From: Candidatus Latescibacterota bacterium | Lineage (GTDB): Bacteria > Latescibacterota > UBA2968 | Assembly (NCBI GenBank): GCA_965205975.1 | Contig: OZ242195.1 | Location: 2,336,001-2,400,000, forward strand | Length of the DNA stretch: 64,000 nucleotides | Direction of reading: 5' to 3' | Part shown: positions 9,932 through 20,634 of the stretch, in pieces | Layout of the letters: each line of letters begins with the position of its first letter | Numbering within the stretch: the first letter of the stretch is position 1 | Translations under genes and position numbers: made by a program | Notes under the pieces: model-generated | What the model saw: the letters and a program-made list of their open reading frames with translations, nothing else | Databases searched by the model: none | What the model was told of the DNA's origin: nothing

Positions 9932-10651
9932 ATGAGACGGCCAACAGATGCTGAACGGCAGGAATGGGAAGACAACGGGGTGTTGTTTTTAGAAAATGCA
10001 ATTATGGGAGAAGACCTCGCGCGGTTACAGGCGTCATTTGACCGATGTGCCGCCGAGGCCAGGCGCGAGTGGCTGGAGGGAATTGCGAAAGGCACGCGTC
10101 CGGCTGCCCATTTTGATATTCCAAAGCCATTGGAAAAGGACGACGTATTTATCGACCTGATCGATTATCCGGGCTGGTACGGGTTCTTGATGGATTTCGC
10201 CGATGAAGATCTGATCTTGCTCGCGCCGCAAGTGCGAACCCTGCCGGTCTCACCCATCAGTTATGTGGGCTGGCATCCTGATGTACCGCATACGACACCG
10301 CTCCACATGAAGGTACAGATTTATATCGAGGATGTTCCGGCCGACGGCGGTGCATTTGGATATGTGCCGGGCAGCCATAAACCCGACGCTGGGCTGTGTC
10401 CCGTGGTTCGCCCACTCGATTCAATGCCGGGGCACAAAGTGTATCCCGGCAAAGCGGGCGATGTGGTATTATTCAATTCTTATGGATGGCACACCGCAAT
10501 GGTCAACCGCACGTTAAAGCCGCGCAAGTCGATTATCATCATTTACGAAAAGTGGAGTAAGGATCGTATATCGACCAAACATTTTGCAGCCATTGCAGAT
10601 AAATGCATAACGCCAGACCGCAGGCGGTTGTTCAGCCTGGATGAAAGATGA
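9932..10651 (+). CDS. Phytanoyl-CoA dioxygenase (PhyH) family Fe(II)/2OG oxygenase
   Basis: WHPD...VPGSH...AGDVVLF...WH facial triad; start chosen from the AGGAG RBS at 9921. Confidence 0.88.
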   Translation: MRRPTDAERQEWEDNGVLFLENAIMGEDLARLQASFDRCAAEARREWLEGIAKGTRPAAHFDIPKPLEKDDVFIDLIDYPGWYGFLMDFADEDLILLAPQVRTLPVSPISYVGWHPDVPHTTPLHMKVQIYIEDVPADGGAFGYVPGSHKPDAGLCPVVRPLDSMPGHKVYPGKAGDVVLFNSYGWHTAMVNRTLKPRKSIIIIYEKWSKDRISTKHFAAIADKCITPDRRRLFSLDER

Positions 10652-10655
10652 TAGT

Positions 10656-11558
10656 ATGCCTATTATTGATTCGCACCTGCATGTATTTGAAAAACTATCG
10701 GACGAATTTCCCCGCGAGGTGAATGATCAGTGTCCAGCAGACAGGGCAGAGACAGCGGAAAAATTGCTGGAGGTCATGGCGACCAATGGGGTCAATCAGG
10801 CAGTATTGACGCAGATTGGCGGTGAACAATTGCCGCACCACCAGTATTTGCAGCATTGTTTGAAGACCTATCCCAATCGCTTCCGGGGAATTGGCTTGAT
10901 TCCTCGGGACAAATGGGACGCGCCAGAAGACCACATGGACCAGTTGGCTGAAAATGGGGATATTATCGGCTTCAGGATTAACGAAATTGGCGGTCCTGCC
11001 GATCCCCTATCCCAAATGGATGTACGAACATTTACGTCGTATCGCATCTGGAGACACGCGGCTGAAAAAAACTACGTGATGTGGCTGTATATTCGGGCAA
11101 AAGACGCGCATCAAGTCGCCTTTATGGTTCGGGCATTTCCCGAAATTCGCGCTGTATTTAACCACCTGATGGTCTGTCCGGGCGAGGGAATGTTTTCCTG
11201 GGACAACGAAGGTCGGCCGCACATCAATACCCCCATACCGCCGCTGACGCGCTACTCAATGCTGGGCTTGCACGAATACCCAAATATCTGCGTACATCTA
11301 TCGGGACAATATGCATTTAGCCAGGAGGCATGGCCCTATCGCGACCTGCAGAGCTGGCACAAAACACTGCTTTCCAAGTTCGGCGCAGACAAATTGATGT
11401 GGGCGACGGATTTTCCCTGGATTCTGGAAGATCCGGGATATGATAAGCTCGTGCAGGTAATTGATGAATTGCTACCGGATTTGAACGCGCAGCAAAAAGC
11501 AGAAATTATGGGGGGAACGGCAAAACGGGTTTTGGGCTTTCCCGACGTGGCGGATTGA
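10656..11558 (+). CDS. Amidohydrolase_2 family protein (sugar lactonase-like)
   Basis: IIDSHLH and LMWATDFPW motifs. Confidence 0.88.
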   Translation: MPIIDSHLHVFEKLSDEFPREVNDQCPADRAETAEKLLEVMATNGVNQAVLTQIGGEQLPHHQYLQHCLKTYPNRFRGIGLIPRDKWDAPEDHMDQLAENGDIIGFRINEIGGPADPLSQMDVRTFTSYRIWRHAAEKNYVMWLYIRAKDAHQVAFMVRAFPEIRAVFNHLMVCPGEGMFSWDNEGRPHINTPIPPLTRYSMLGLHEYPNICVHLSGQYAFSQEAWPYRDLQSWHKTLLSKFGADKLMWATDFPWILEDPGYDKLVQVIDELLPDLNAQQKAEIMGGTAKRVLGFPDVAD

Positions 11559-13590
11559 CCCCTTTGAAATTGACCTTGTATTGTTCGAGGGCCCCGAGCG
11601 CCTTATTATCGGGATGGGGATATATGTCGCGGGATTTCCCAAAAGACGCGACAGCTTCTACCCTCTGGCCCTGTTTTTGCAGCAGACTTCCTTTCAAGTA
11701 GTACAGCCGCGCCAGGGTTTGCTTTTTCAATGCCTCGTGTTTGAGGGTCTCCGCCCTGTCTAACCACGCCGAGACCTGTTCCCAGTGCGAGCTATTCCCA
11801 TGCTCTATAAGTGTGGCAGCCATCCCGATGAGGCAGGCGTAACTTCTCTCTGAGAGGCGAAACAATTCCTGCATTGAACTGAGGAGCCCCGGATCGCCTG
11901 AAAAATAAATCAAACCCAAATATCGCCCGTACTGGAACAACAATCCGTTTCGCCGCACGCGCTCCCAGCGATCAATGGGTTGCAAATGCATCAGATAGGT
12001 GAAATATTCCTCTCCACGCGGATGGCGTTTTATTTCTATGGTACCCGGCTTGCCATCTTTAACCACCTCCATGAGAAAACCATAGATCCGTCCCCGGCGG
12101 TCGGGAAAAATGTCGTAATCCATAGGAAAAAAGAGGGTGCGTTCTGTCGAATCGGTGAATTGTTCCAAAACCTCCTGCTTTTTCTTTTTGGGCAGGAATG
12201 GATCGTAGAGACGTTTGCCATATACGAGTCCCTGAAGATTGTACAACGCCACATCTGGACGGCGGTTCTCGATGTATTGATAATAGCCCATCGGCCCGGT
12301 TGCATCGCCGAATACAAACAGGACCGCGTCCTCCGGCAAAATATCCAATTGCATGTCTGCATAGTGCTCGGCAAAGTCGCTATCGGATCGGTCATTGACC
12401 CGCCAGTGTTCGTGCACCGACCACGCAACCATCGCCGCGCCCACCAGCACTACCATAGCAAGTCCGAGTCCTGGTCCACGGGCAAATTTGGAAGGCAACC
12501 GTTCTGCCAACCAGTCGAGAACAACCTGCAATCCAACGCCCAACCACAGAGCCGCTATGCCGTAACACAACAGAGAATAGGGACGAAAAATCGCGCCCCA
12601 AAAAAAATCAAAATCGAAACCCAGCAGGGCGATCAGTACAATGCTACTGCCCAAAAACACCAGCAACCCCGAACCTGCTTTTGCGATCTGCCGCCGCTGA
12701 AACAGAACGATCAGTCCGAACACAGCGAGTGCAAATCCCGGCAGCGTCAATTGCCACAAAAACTCATTGCCCAGCCATTGCATGAACCCGAATCGGTCCT
12801 GCCATCCCGCGCTGGGGCTGGCATCTATATGGGCATAGCCCTGCCGACTGAAATAATGCCAGAATTCTTTCAACGTATCGATAGAGCCGTAAAAATTGAT
12901 CAGAGGATCTTGATGCGACCGCCAGACCATCCAGGCATAAGGCAATGCCGCACACGGCAGGGAAACTCCAAAAAGTAGCGGCAGTTTCCGATACAAGGTG
13001 CGCCAAATGGGAAAAACCAATATCATTAAACCCGGCGTTGAAAGCACCATCAGCGGCCAGTGGTTGGTCAGGCTCAATCCATAAGCGCCAGCCGCAGCAA
13101 TCCAGATCCCGGTGCGCTGTGGCTGGCGGACGCCGTACAAAAGCAGCGCATAAAGGCCAAAAAAGAACAGTGCATTGAGCGTATAAACTTCGGCGATAAT
13201 AGCCTGCGCCCAGAAATGCTCAGAAGCGGCAAACAGCCAGGCGGCGGTCCGGGCCGGAATTGGCGATGCGCCCAACAGGCGGACACACACATAAACGCAG
13301 CCACAGGTGAGCGCGCCCAATACCGCGCTGGACAAATGGCCGAGGAAAGCAACACTGCCAAAAGGCAATTGCGTAAATAGATAGACAATAAGGGTATAGA
13401 GCGGATAGCCCGGTGGATGGGCCACACCGAGGTGCGCGCCGGCCATGAGAAACAAGCCGTCATCTTCCAAAACAACAGTGCGCGGCATAGTAAGCACATA
13501 AAGCACAAACGGGGCGACAACTGATGCGGTCAGTGCGATCCCATCGCGCAAGGGCTTAAATGCTTCAATTTGGGCATCCACGCGATTCAT
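11506..13590 (-). CDS. DUF2723 / TMEM260-like GT-C membrane glycosyltransferase with C-terminal TPR
   Basis: LEDDGLF...GVAHPPGYPLY, FWAQAIIAEVYTLN, NH motif, many TM helices, TPR-like C-terminus. Confidence 0.85.
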   Translation of the reverse strand: MNRVDAQIEAFKPLRDGIALTASVVAPFVLYVLTMPRTVVLEDDGLFLMAGAHLGVAHPPGYPLYTLIVYLFTQLPFGSVAFLGHLSSAVLGALTCGCVYVCVRLLGASPIPARTAAWLFAASEHFWAQAIIAEVYTLNALFFFGLYALLLYGVRQPQRTGIWIAAAGAYGLSLTNHWPLMVLSTPGLMILVFPIWRTLYRKLPLLFGVSLPCAALPYAWMVWRSHQDPLINFYGSIDTLKEFWHYFSRQGYAHIDASPSAGWQDRFGFMQWLGNEFLWQLTLPGFALAVFGLIVLFQRRQIAKAGSGLLVFLGSSIVLIALLGFDFDFFWGAIFRPYSLLCYGIAALWLGVGLQVVLDWLAERLPSKFARGPGLGLAMVVLVGAAMVAWSVHEHWRVNDRSDSDFAEHYADMQLDILPEDAVLFVFGDATGPMGYYQYIENRRPDVALYNLQGLVYGKRLYDPFLPKKKKQEVLEQFTDSTERTLFFPMDYDIFPDRRGRIYGFLMEVVKDGKPGTIEIKRHPRGEEYFTYLMHLQPIDRWERVRRNGLLFQYGRYLGLIYFSGDPGLLSSMQELFRLSERSYACLIGMAATLIEHGNSSHWEQVSAWLDRAETLKHEALKKQTLARLYYLKGSLLQKQGQRVEAVASFGKSRDIYPHPDNKALGALEQYKVNFKGVNPPRRESPKPVLPFPP

Positions 13591-14009
13591 TGCTTACCGT
13601 CCTCCTTATCTTCTGCTCGCTCGTCTGTCACCTCGCGAAATGTCCAGCGGGAATTGATAAAATAGTTAAACAATGTGGCTGGGGCAATCGCACACCCCTG
13701 CAAAATGACCGCTGGCACTGCTGGCAAAAGAAAGGAAAGCGAGACAAACGTGCCATAACTCAGCACGAGAGTCACTAGTGAAACGAGGTTAAACTTCAAA
13801 CCTCGAATGCGTTTTCTCCCCGCCAGTGCGCGATCGCGGAAAGTCCAGTAGTTATTGAGCAGAAAATTTGAGATTATCGACAGCTCAATAGCAACTGGCG
13901 ATGCCAGCAGCTTATTCACACCGAGATTGAGCAGGAACTGGAACGAACCGAGATTGACAAATACCCCCGATAAACCCGTAAGGGCAAATTTGATAAATGT
14001 TCGGGACAT
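13587..14009 (-). CDS. GtrA family protein (putative lipid-linked sugar flippase)
   Basis: FIKFALTGLSGVFVN...NFLLNNYWTF...NYFINSRWTF, four TM helices. Confidence 0.88.
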   Translation of the reverse strand: MSRTFIKFALTGLSGVFVNLGSFQFLLNLGVNKLLASPVAIELSIISNFLLNNYWTFRDRALAGRKRIRGLKFNLVSLVTLVLSYGTFVSLSFLLPAVPAVILQGCAIAPATLFNYFINSRWTFREVTDERAEDKEDGKQ

Positions 14010-14120
14010 AAATTTTCCGATAAATTGGATTTTCAACTGATCAAAGTAACAACGCACCTTCGAGAAATCAAGCGCGAAACTATTCAGAATACACAGACGG
14101 TTTGATACGGTTCTCCTATA

Positions 14121-15005
14121 GTGAAACGAATCGCTAAAATTTTGCTCCTCTCTATATTGTTGTTCACTGCACTGTGTGTTGTGCTATCCATTTGGAGGAA
14201 ACCGATGCCCGATCATCCTTTCATCAAAAAAAACGCGGGTGTTGAAGTGATTGCACACCGGGGGGGATGGCGATTGTGGCCCGAAAATACGCTATATACT
14301 TTTCAACACGCGGTAGATCTCGGCGTGGATATGCTGGAAATGGATATCCGCAGTACAAAAGACGGTCATATCGTGGTCTTTCACGACGAGACCGTAACGC
14401 GCACAACCAATGGCAACGCGCGTGTGAATGATTTGACCCTTGCAGAATTGAAACAGTTAGATGCGGGATACAAATGGTCGGCTGACAAGGGCGCGACTTT
14501 TCCCTATCGCGGAAAAGGAATTGTACCACCAACGCTGGACGAAGTCTTTGCGTCTTTTCCGCACATGCGAATGACCATTGAAATCAAACAGAAAGAGCCG
14601 GATATTGTCACGGCATTTGGCAACCTGATTCGCCACCATGCGATGCAACACCGCGTGCTGGTCGCGTGTTTTGACACCGGGACATTGAAGCGTTTTCGCA
14701 AGCAGTTTCCCGAAGTAGCAACATCGCCAGGAATGACGGAAGGAATGATTTTTTACGCCCTGTGCTGGCTGCATTTGAGCGCGGTTTATCAGCCCAATGT
14801 CGAAGTATTGCAGTTCCCACTAAAAATGGGACCGATAAATGGCAGCCATCCACGTCTTTTATCTGGGGCGCGCAAAAACAATATGCAAGTACAAATATGG
14901 ACTGTAGATGACGAAACGAAAATGCGAATGCTGATTGAAAACGGGGTAGATGGCATCATCACCCGCCGGCCAGATCGCCTGTTAAAAATACTGGGGCGAG
15001 AATAG
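14121..15005 (+). CDS. Glycerophosphodiester phosphodiesterase
   Basis: IAHRGG, PENT, EMDI, VFHD, WTVD, GVDGIIT motifs; N-terminal anchor. Confidence 0.93.
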   Translation: MKRIAKILLLSILLFTALCVVLSIWRKPMPDHPFIKKNAGVEVIAHRGGWRLWPENTLYTFQHAVDLGVDMLEMDIRSTKDGHIVVFHDETVTRTTNGNARVNDLTLAELKQLDAGYKWSADKGATFPYRGKGIVPPTLDEVFASFPHMRMTIEIKQKEPDIVTAFGNLIRHHAMQHRVLVACFDTGTLKRFRKQFPEVATSPGMTEGMIFYALCWLHLSAVYQPNVEVLQFPLKMGPINGSHPRLLSGARKNNMQVQIWTVDDETKMRMLIENGVDGIITRRPDRLLKILGRE

Positions 15006-15030
15006 GTCTTTCACAAACGGAATAAATACC

Positions 15031-16503
15031 ATGTCTGAACAAATCAACTTGCTTTTTATCTTAACAGACGATCAGGGATATTGGGCGATGGGATGTGCGG
15101 GTAATTCGGAAATTCGCACGCCCAATCTGGATCGACTGGCTGCAACGGGATTGCGCTTTGAGAATTTCTTTTGTGCATCGCCGGTCTGCTCGCCGGCTCG
15201 GGCTTCCATCTTAACGGGCCGCATTCCATCGCAACACGGTGTACAGGATTTTTTGCGGGCAGGCAATTCAAATATCTACGGCGCAGATGATCGAGCTATC
15301 GAATATCTATCGGGACAAACCGCATATACAGATATCCTGTCTGAACGGGGTTATACGTGCGGTTTAAGTGGCAAATGGCATCTGGGCTATTCGGAAAAAC
15401 CGCAGAAAAGTTTTGCGTTTTGGGATGTTCACGCAAGTGGCGCGGGACCGTATTACAATCCCCCGATGATTCGCGATGGCAAAGCGTATCAAACATCGGA
15501 TTATGTGAGCGATCTGATTACAAATAATGCACTGGACTTTTTGGAAAATGCAAATCAACCGTTCTGTTTGAACGTTCACTACACAGCGCCTCATGCACCC
15601 TGGGGACGCGAACACCATCCGCCTGAGTTATTCGAAGATTATTATCAAAACTGTCCTTTTGAATCAACCCCCGATGAACCCATGCATCCGCAGCAGTTGT
15701 CAAAGACGGGATCATCGGGTTCTTTGGGATTTACGGAAGAAGAACGCAGTGAAACACTCAGCGGTTATTTTGCCGCAATGACCGCGATGGACGCCAACGT
15801 GGGCAGATTGCTGGATTGGCTGGAAGCCAATGGACTGCGAGAAAACACACTCATCGCATTTACAAGCGACAACGGGATGAACATGGGACATCACGGGATT
15901 TACGGCAAAGGCAATGGAACATTCCCGCCAAACATGTTCGACACCTCGGTGAAAGTCCCCATGCTCTTTTCGCGTCCAGGTCGCGTTCCCGAAGGCAAAG
16001 TTATTTCCTCACTGCACAGCCATTACGACATCATGCCGACCTTGCTGGACTATCTCAACGTAGAAAACCCCGACTCCAATTCCCTTCCCGGGCGCAGCTT
16101 TTCTGCGTTATTAGAAGGGCGAGAAATAGGTGGCGACGACCGGGTGGTTGTATTTGACGAATACGGTCCCACGCGAATGATCCGCACCGCCGAATGGAAG
16201 TACATCCATCGCTACCCTTATGGTCCTCATGAACTCTACGACCTGGTAAACGACCCAGACGAGCGACAAAACCTGATCGCAGAACAAAAACACCAGCCCA
16301 TTCGAGAATCGCTACAGGCCGATCTGGATGCGTGGTTTGTACGCTATGCCGATCCCGAGCGGGATGGCTCGCGAGAAGCCGTGATGGGCAGAGGACAGTT
16401 GGACATCGTTGGTCCTGCAGCAAAGGGGCGGAAGCGGTTTGGCGATGATGTCGTTTATGAGCGCGATAAAAACGGAGATCTTGACAATGGCAGATCTACT
16501 TGA
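15031..16503 (+). CDS. Cys-type sulfatase, close paralog of 5065-6438
   Basis: CSPAR; shares blocks such as EIRTPNLDR, TGRIPSQHGV, GKGNGT, DEYGxTRMIRTAEWKY. Confidence 0.93.
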   Translation: MSEQINLLFILTDDQGYWAMGCAGNSEIRTPNLDRLAATGLRFENFFCASPVCSPARASILTGRIPSQHGVQDFLRAGNSNIYGADDRAIEYLSGQTAYTDILSERGYTCGLSGKWHLGYSEKPQKSFAFWDVHASGAGPYYNPPMIRDGKAYQTSDYVSDLITNNALDFLENANQPFCLNVHYTAPHAPWGREHHPPELFEDYYQNCPFESTPDEPMHPQQLSKTGSSGSLGFTEEERSETLSGYFAAMTAMDANVGRLLDWLEANGLRENTLIAFTSDNGMNMGHHGIYGKGNGTFPPNMFDTSVKVPMLFSRPGRVPEGKVISSLHSHYDIMPTLLDYLNVENPDSNSLPGRSFSALLEGREIGGDDRVVVFDEYGPTRMIRTAEWKYIHRYPYGPHELYDLVNDPDERQNLIAEQKHQPIRESLQADLDAWFVRYADPERDGSREAVMGRGQLDIVGPAAKGRKRFGDDVVYERDKNGDLDNGRST

Positions 16504-16537
16504 TGAAGACATTCTAAAAAAATAAAATGAGGATAAC

Positions 16538-17641
16538 ATGGCAAATAACACACTCGTAGTAGCTGCCCCCCAGGACGCTGGCATATCATCCGACCAACTC
16601 GAACGGGCCTTTGGCCTGCTCACAACCGCTACAGAAACCGGGCAAATTGGTGCGGCCTCGCTGACAGTTGCGCGGCACGGCAAGGAAGTCTTCGCCCGGG
16701 GATGCGGGCAACAGCACCCTCGCACACGCCAGCCAGTCGATGCGGACTCGATATTTCTCCTCGCCTCAATCACCAAACCCGTTACAGCCTGCGCGCTGAT
16801 GATCCTCGTAGATCGGGGTCTGATCTCACTCAACGACCCGGCCATCGATTATCTACCCGAATACACCGGCGGCGACCGTCCCGCCGTCAAAGTGCGCCAC
16901 TTGCTCTCGCACATATCCGGCATGCCCGACATGCTACCCGAAAACACCAGCTTGCGACAGGCGCATACACCCGTAGCTGGCTTCGTCGAACGGGCACTCC
17001 AGACCCCCTTGCTCTACAAGCCGGGAACCGATTTTTGCTACCAGAGCATGGGCATCCTGCTCGCAGCAGAAATAGTCGAACGAGTCAGCGGGCAGCGATT
17101 GCGCGACTTCGAGCGCGAGGAAATTTTCGCGCCGCTGGGAATGGCGCGAAGCGCATTGGGCATGGGTAATTGGACACTTGAAGACCTGGTATGGTGCGGA
17201 ACGGACGCCGAAGAGGACGAAGAGCAACAGAGTTGGGGGTGGAATTCCCCGTATTGGCGCGACTTTGGGGCACCGTGGGGCGGCATGCACAGCACCGGAC
17301 GCGATCTGGCGATCCTCTTGCAAACCATGCTCAACGGCGGTACTTATGGCGATCGGCGCATCTTCAGCCGCGCCGCAGTCGCGACAATGACGCAAGATCA
17401 AAACGGGGCACTCAATGCACCCTGGGGAATCGGTTGGGGCGTATCCGGAGCGCGGGTATGGGGCTTTTGGGGCGACCTGGTATCGCGGCGAACCTTCGGA
17501 CATACCGGAGCGACCGGCACAGTAGCCTGGGCAGACGCCGAACGTCAGCTCAGTTGCGTCGTACTCACCAATCAGATGGTCGCTGGAGGTAGCCTCCTGC
17601 GACGGGTTTCCAACGCAGTCGCAGCAGCAGTGGAAGAATAG
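16538..17641 (+). CDS. Serine hydrolase, beta-lactamase class C/esterase family
   Basis: SITK (SxxK), LLSHISG, YQS, FGHTG motifs. Confidence 0.9.
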   Translation: MANNTLVVAAPQDAGISSDQLERAFGLLTTATETGQIGAASLTVARHGKEVFARGCGQQHPRTRQPVDADSIFLLASITKPVTACALMILVDRGLISLNDPAIDYLPEYTGGDRPAVKVRHLLSHISGMPDMLPENTSLRQAHTPVAGFVERALQTPLLYKPGTDFCYQSMGILLAAEIVERVSGQRLRDFEREEIFAPLGMARSALGMGNWTLEDLVWCGTDAEEDEEQQSWGWNSPYWRDFGAPWGGMHSTGRDLAILLQTMLNGGTYGDRRIFSRAAVATMTQDQNGALNAPWGIGWGVSGARVWGFWGDLVSRRTFGHTGATGTVAWADAERQLSCVVLTNQMVAGGSLLRRVSNAVAAAVEE

Positions 17642-17668
17642 TTTTCAGCCATACACTAAGGAGACATT

Positions 17669-19390
17669 ATGAATACCGCAGCAAAAACGCGACAGACCAA
17701 ACGCGACCGCGAGCGCATTGCATGGTGGGAAGAAGCGCGGTTTGGCATGTTCATTCACTGGGGCGTGTATGCGATTCCCGCGGGCAAATGGAAAGGCAAA
17801 GCCATAGAGGGCATTGGGGAATGGATTATGCGCCGTGCGGAAATTCCCGCCGCGGAATACGAACAACTCGCCTCACAATTCAATCCAATAAAATTCGACG
17901 CCGATGCGGTTGCCAAACTCGCACGAGATGCGGGTATGAAATACCTCGTAATCACCGCCAAACACCACGACGGCTTTGCCATGTATGACTCCCCGTGCAG
18001 CGACTACGACATCGTCGATGCCACGCCTTATGGCAAAGACATTATGGCAGACCTGTCCAAAGCCTGCCAAAAATACGGCATTCGCCTCTGCTTCTACTAT
18101 TCTCAAGATCAGGACTGGCACGATCCCAACGCCTCTGGAAACAACTGGGATTTTGATCCCGCGACCAAAGATTTCGCCTATTATCTCGAAAACAAAGCCA
18201 AACCCCAGGTGCGCGAGTTGCTCACGCAATACGGACCCATTGGCCTGATATGGTTCGACACTCCCGTCTCCATTTCCCTGGAACAGAGCCAATCCCTCTC
18301 CCGTCTTGTCCACGGTTTGCAACCCGACTGTCTCGTAAGCGGTCGCGTGGGCAATGGCGTGGGGGACTACGGTAGCCTGGGCGACAACCAGATCCCCACC
18401 GGTCGTCTCGAAGGCTATTGGGAGACACCCGCCACCCTCAACGATACCTGGGGCTATAAAACCGATGACCACAACTGGAAAAGCGTAAAAACACTGCTCC
18501 ATCTTCTCGTGGAACTCACCAGCAAAGGCGTCAACTACCTGCTCAACATCGGGCCGCGCGCCGACGGCAGTGTGCCCCAGCCCAGTATCAATCGCCTTCG
18601 CGCCATTGGCGAATGGATGAAAACCAACGGCGAAGCGATCTACGGCACCAAAGCCACGCCATATCCCTATGAATTTCCCTGGGGCGGTATCACGCAAAAA
18701 GACAACCGTCTCTACTTGCTCTTTACCACATGGCCCAGCGAGAATTTCACCCTTCTCGGCCTGCGCAACCGCGTTACAAAAGCGACCTTACTCGCCGACA
18801 AAAGCGCGCACATCGACATCTCTCAAACCCGCGACAGCGATTGTGATATCTTAACATTGCGCCTGCCCGAATGCCCCGATCCAAACGTCTCGGTCGTCGC
18901 CCTCGAACTCGATGGCGCACCCGATGTCGATCAAACCGCCCTCCAGCAAACCGACGGCTCTATCACCATGATCGCCAGCATGGCGAACTTGCACACGCCC
19001 GAATCGGGAACGCAAATTCGCATTGGCGAAAGCGGCGTTATCGAAGACTGGTTTGACACATCCAACTGGATCGATTGCGACTTCAAAGTTTCTGAACCCG
19101 GCACGTTTGAAGTCCGCGTTCACACCAGCGCACTTCGCCGCGCTCGCGAATGGACAGGCGGCCATGAAGTGCGCGTTGATATTGCGGGCAAAACATTCCG
19201 CAAAACCATCACACCCGACGCCTGGAGCGACAGCCCCAAAGCGCAGTATTTTCCCGAAGCCGCAACCATTATCGGCCCGATCCAGCTCGACGAACCCGGC
19301 CTTTACACCATCGAAGTCCGCGCTGAATCTATCAACGAAAAATCTCAGGCTGGATTGTCTATCTCAGCCATTTCCCTGATGTGCGAATAG
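17669..19390 (+). CDS. Alpha-L-fucosidase (GH29) with C-terminal CBM-like domain
   Basis: RFGMFIHWG, TAKHHDGF, IWFD, LLNIGP motifs. Confidence 0.93.
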   Translation: MNTAAKTRQTKRDRERIAWWEEARFGMFIHWGVYAIPAGKWKGKAIEGIGEWIMRRAEIPAAEYEQLASQFNPIKFDADAVAKLARDAGMKYLVITAKHHDGFAMYDSPCSDYDIVDATPYGKDIMADLSKACQKYGIRLCFYYSQDQDWHDPNASGNNWDFDPATKDFAYYLENKAKPQVRELLTQYGPIGLIWFDTPVSISLEQSQSLSRLVHGLQPDCLVSGRVGNGVGDYGSLGDNQIPTGRLEGYWETPATLNDTWGYKTDDHNWKSVKTLLHLLVELTSKGVNYLLNIGPRADGSVPQPSINRLRAIGEWMKTNGEAIYGTKATPYPYEFPWGGITQKDNRLYLLFTTWPSENFTLLGLRNRVTKATLLADKSAHIDISQTRDSDCDILTLRLPECPDPNVSVVALELDGAPDVDQTALQQTDGSITMIASMANLHTPESGTQIRIGESGVIEDWFDTSNWIDCDFKVSEPGTFEVRVHTSALRRAREWTGGHEVRVDIAGKTFRKTITPDAWSDSPKAQYFPEAATIIGPIQLDEPGLYTIEVRAESINEKSQAGLSISAISLMCE

Positions 19391-19466
19391 ACGAATAGAC
19401 GAACCCCGCCCAACCACCCAAAGTTGTTACAAACTCCGTCGCTGATTCGTCGATTCGCTGATTCGT

Positions 19467-19500
19467 TGATGAACTGCTGACGCAGTTGTACACCGCTCCG
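19467..19500. repeat. Dispersed hairpin element, copy 1 (TGATGAACTG-loop-CAGTTGTACACCGCT)
   Basis: Same arms and same orientation as the copy at 22504-22546. Confidence 0.7.
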
Positions 19501-19524
19501 TTGATTTTTTAACAGGAGGATCCC

Positions 19525-20541
19525 ATGCCACTGGAAGTATGTGCCCTATCGCCCGAAAAGATGGAACTGCGGGAATACGAGGTACCAAAAGTTGGAAAAG
19601 GACAGATGAAAGTGCAGAGCCTGTACGCTGCTGCCAAGCACGGAACCGAGCTATCGGGCATAAAAGGTGACAGCGCAAAACGCGGACCTTATGATCCGGA
19701 ACTCCAGGTATTTCCAAACACGGGCAAAGGGCGGTCGTCCCGGACGGGCAATATGTTTATAGGCACTGTAATCAGCGAGGGCGTAGATGGGTTCTCAGAA
19801 GGCGACGTAGTGCTGAGCTACGGACCATTTCGAGAAGTTCATGTCATCTCGACAGAACGGTGCTGGAAAGTACCAGAGGGGTTTTCGTGGAAATCCGCAG
19901 TCTGTTTGGACCCGGCGGATTTTGCCATGTGTGCGATCAGAGATGGACAGGTAAGAGTCGGAGACGCAGTCGCCGTATTTGGAATGGGAGCCATTGGCCT
20001 GATGGTCGTACAAATCGCCAAACTATCCGGGGCATATCCAATCATCGCGGTCGATCCATTGGAAAACCGCAAAAAAGTAGCCCAAATCTGCGGTGCCGAT
20101 CTGATCCTTGACCCCACAACCTGTGATGCAGGCGTGGAAATCAAAAAAGCAACCGGGAACCGGGGAGTAGATGTAGCAATTGACTACAGCGCCAATGTAC
20201 ACGCTCTACAAGCTGCCATACGCGGCGTGGCATTTGGGGGCAATGTAGTGGCCGGCGCTGCGCCAGCACCTTATGGCCCCGGACTGGATCTCGGCGCAGA
20301 AGCGCATTACAACCGCCCCAATCTCATATTTTCGCGGTCCTGCAGCGACCCCAACCGGGAATATCCCCGATGGGACGAAAAACGCGTTTACGCCACCTGC
20401 TGGCGGCTACTCACCGAGGGAAAGCTGACAGGCGAACCCATTGTAACGCCCGTAGTCGCTTTTGAAGACATCGTCACAGAATATCCAAAAATTACCAGCA
20501 ATCCCGAGCAGAATATCAAATTAGGAGCTTATTTTAAATAG
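19525..20541 (+). CDS. MDR/zinc-binding dehydrogenase family protein (YcjQ-like)
   Basis: KHGTE, VAVFGMGAIG Rossmann motif, GVDVAID. Confidence 0.85.
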   Translation: MPLEVCALSPEKMELREYEVPKVGKGQMKVQSLYAAAKHGTELSGIKGDSAKRGPYDPELQVFPNTGKGRSSRTGNMFIGTVISEGVDGFSEGDVVLSYGPFREVHVISTERCWKVPEGFSWKSAVCLDPADFAMCAIRDGQVRVGDAVAVFGMGAIGLMVVQIAKLSGAYPIIAVDPLENRKKVAQICGADLILDPTTCDAGVEIKKATGNRGVDVAIDYSANVHALQAAIRGVAFGGNVVAGAAPAPYGPGLDLGAEAHYNRPNLIFSRSCSDPNREYPRWDEKRVYATCWRLLTEGKLTGEPIVTPVVAFEDIVTEYPKITSNPEQNIKLGAYFK

Positions 20542-20634
20542 CTCCCAAGCTTTTTTGCCATCTCGTAAGCAGACTTAGAGCAGATATGCTACGCGCTGTT
20601 CGAGGATTTGACCCGCCAAGACAGAACCCAACAC

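Noticed and set aside
16538..17641. Bona fide antibiotic-resistance beta-lactamase
   Set aside because: No signal peptide, and the motifs fit the broad cytoplasmic serine hydrolase/esterase family; resistance cannot be inferred.
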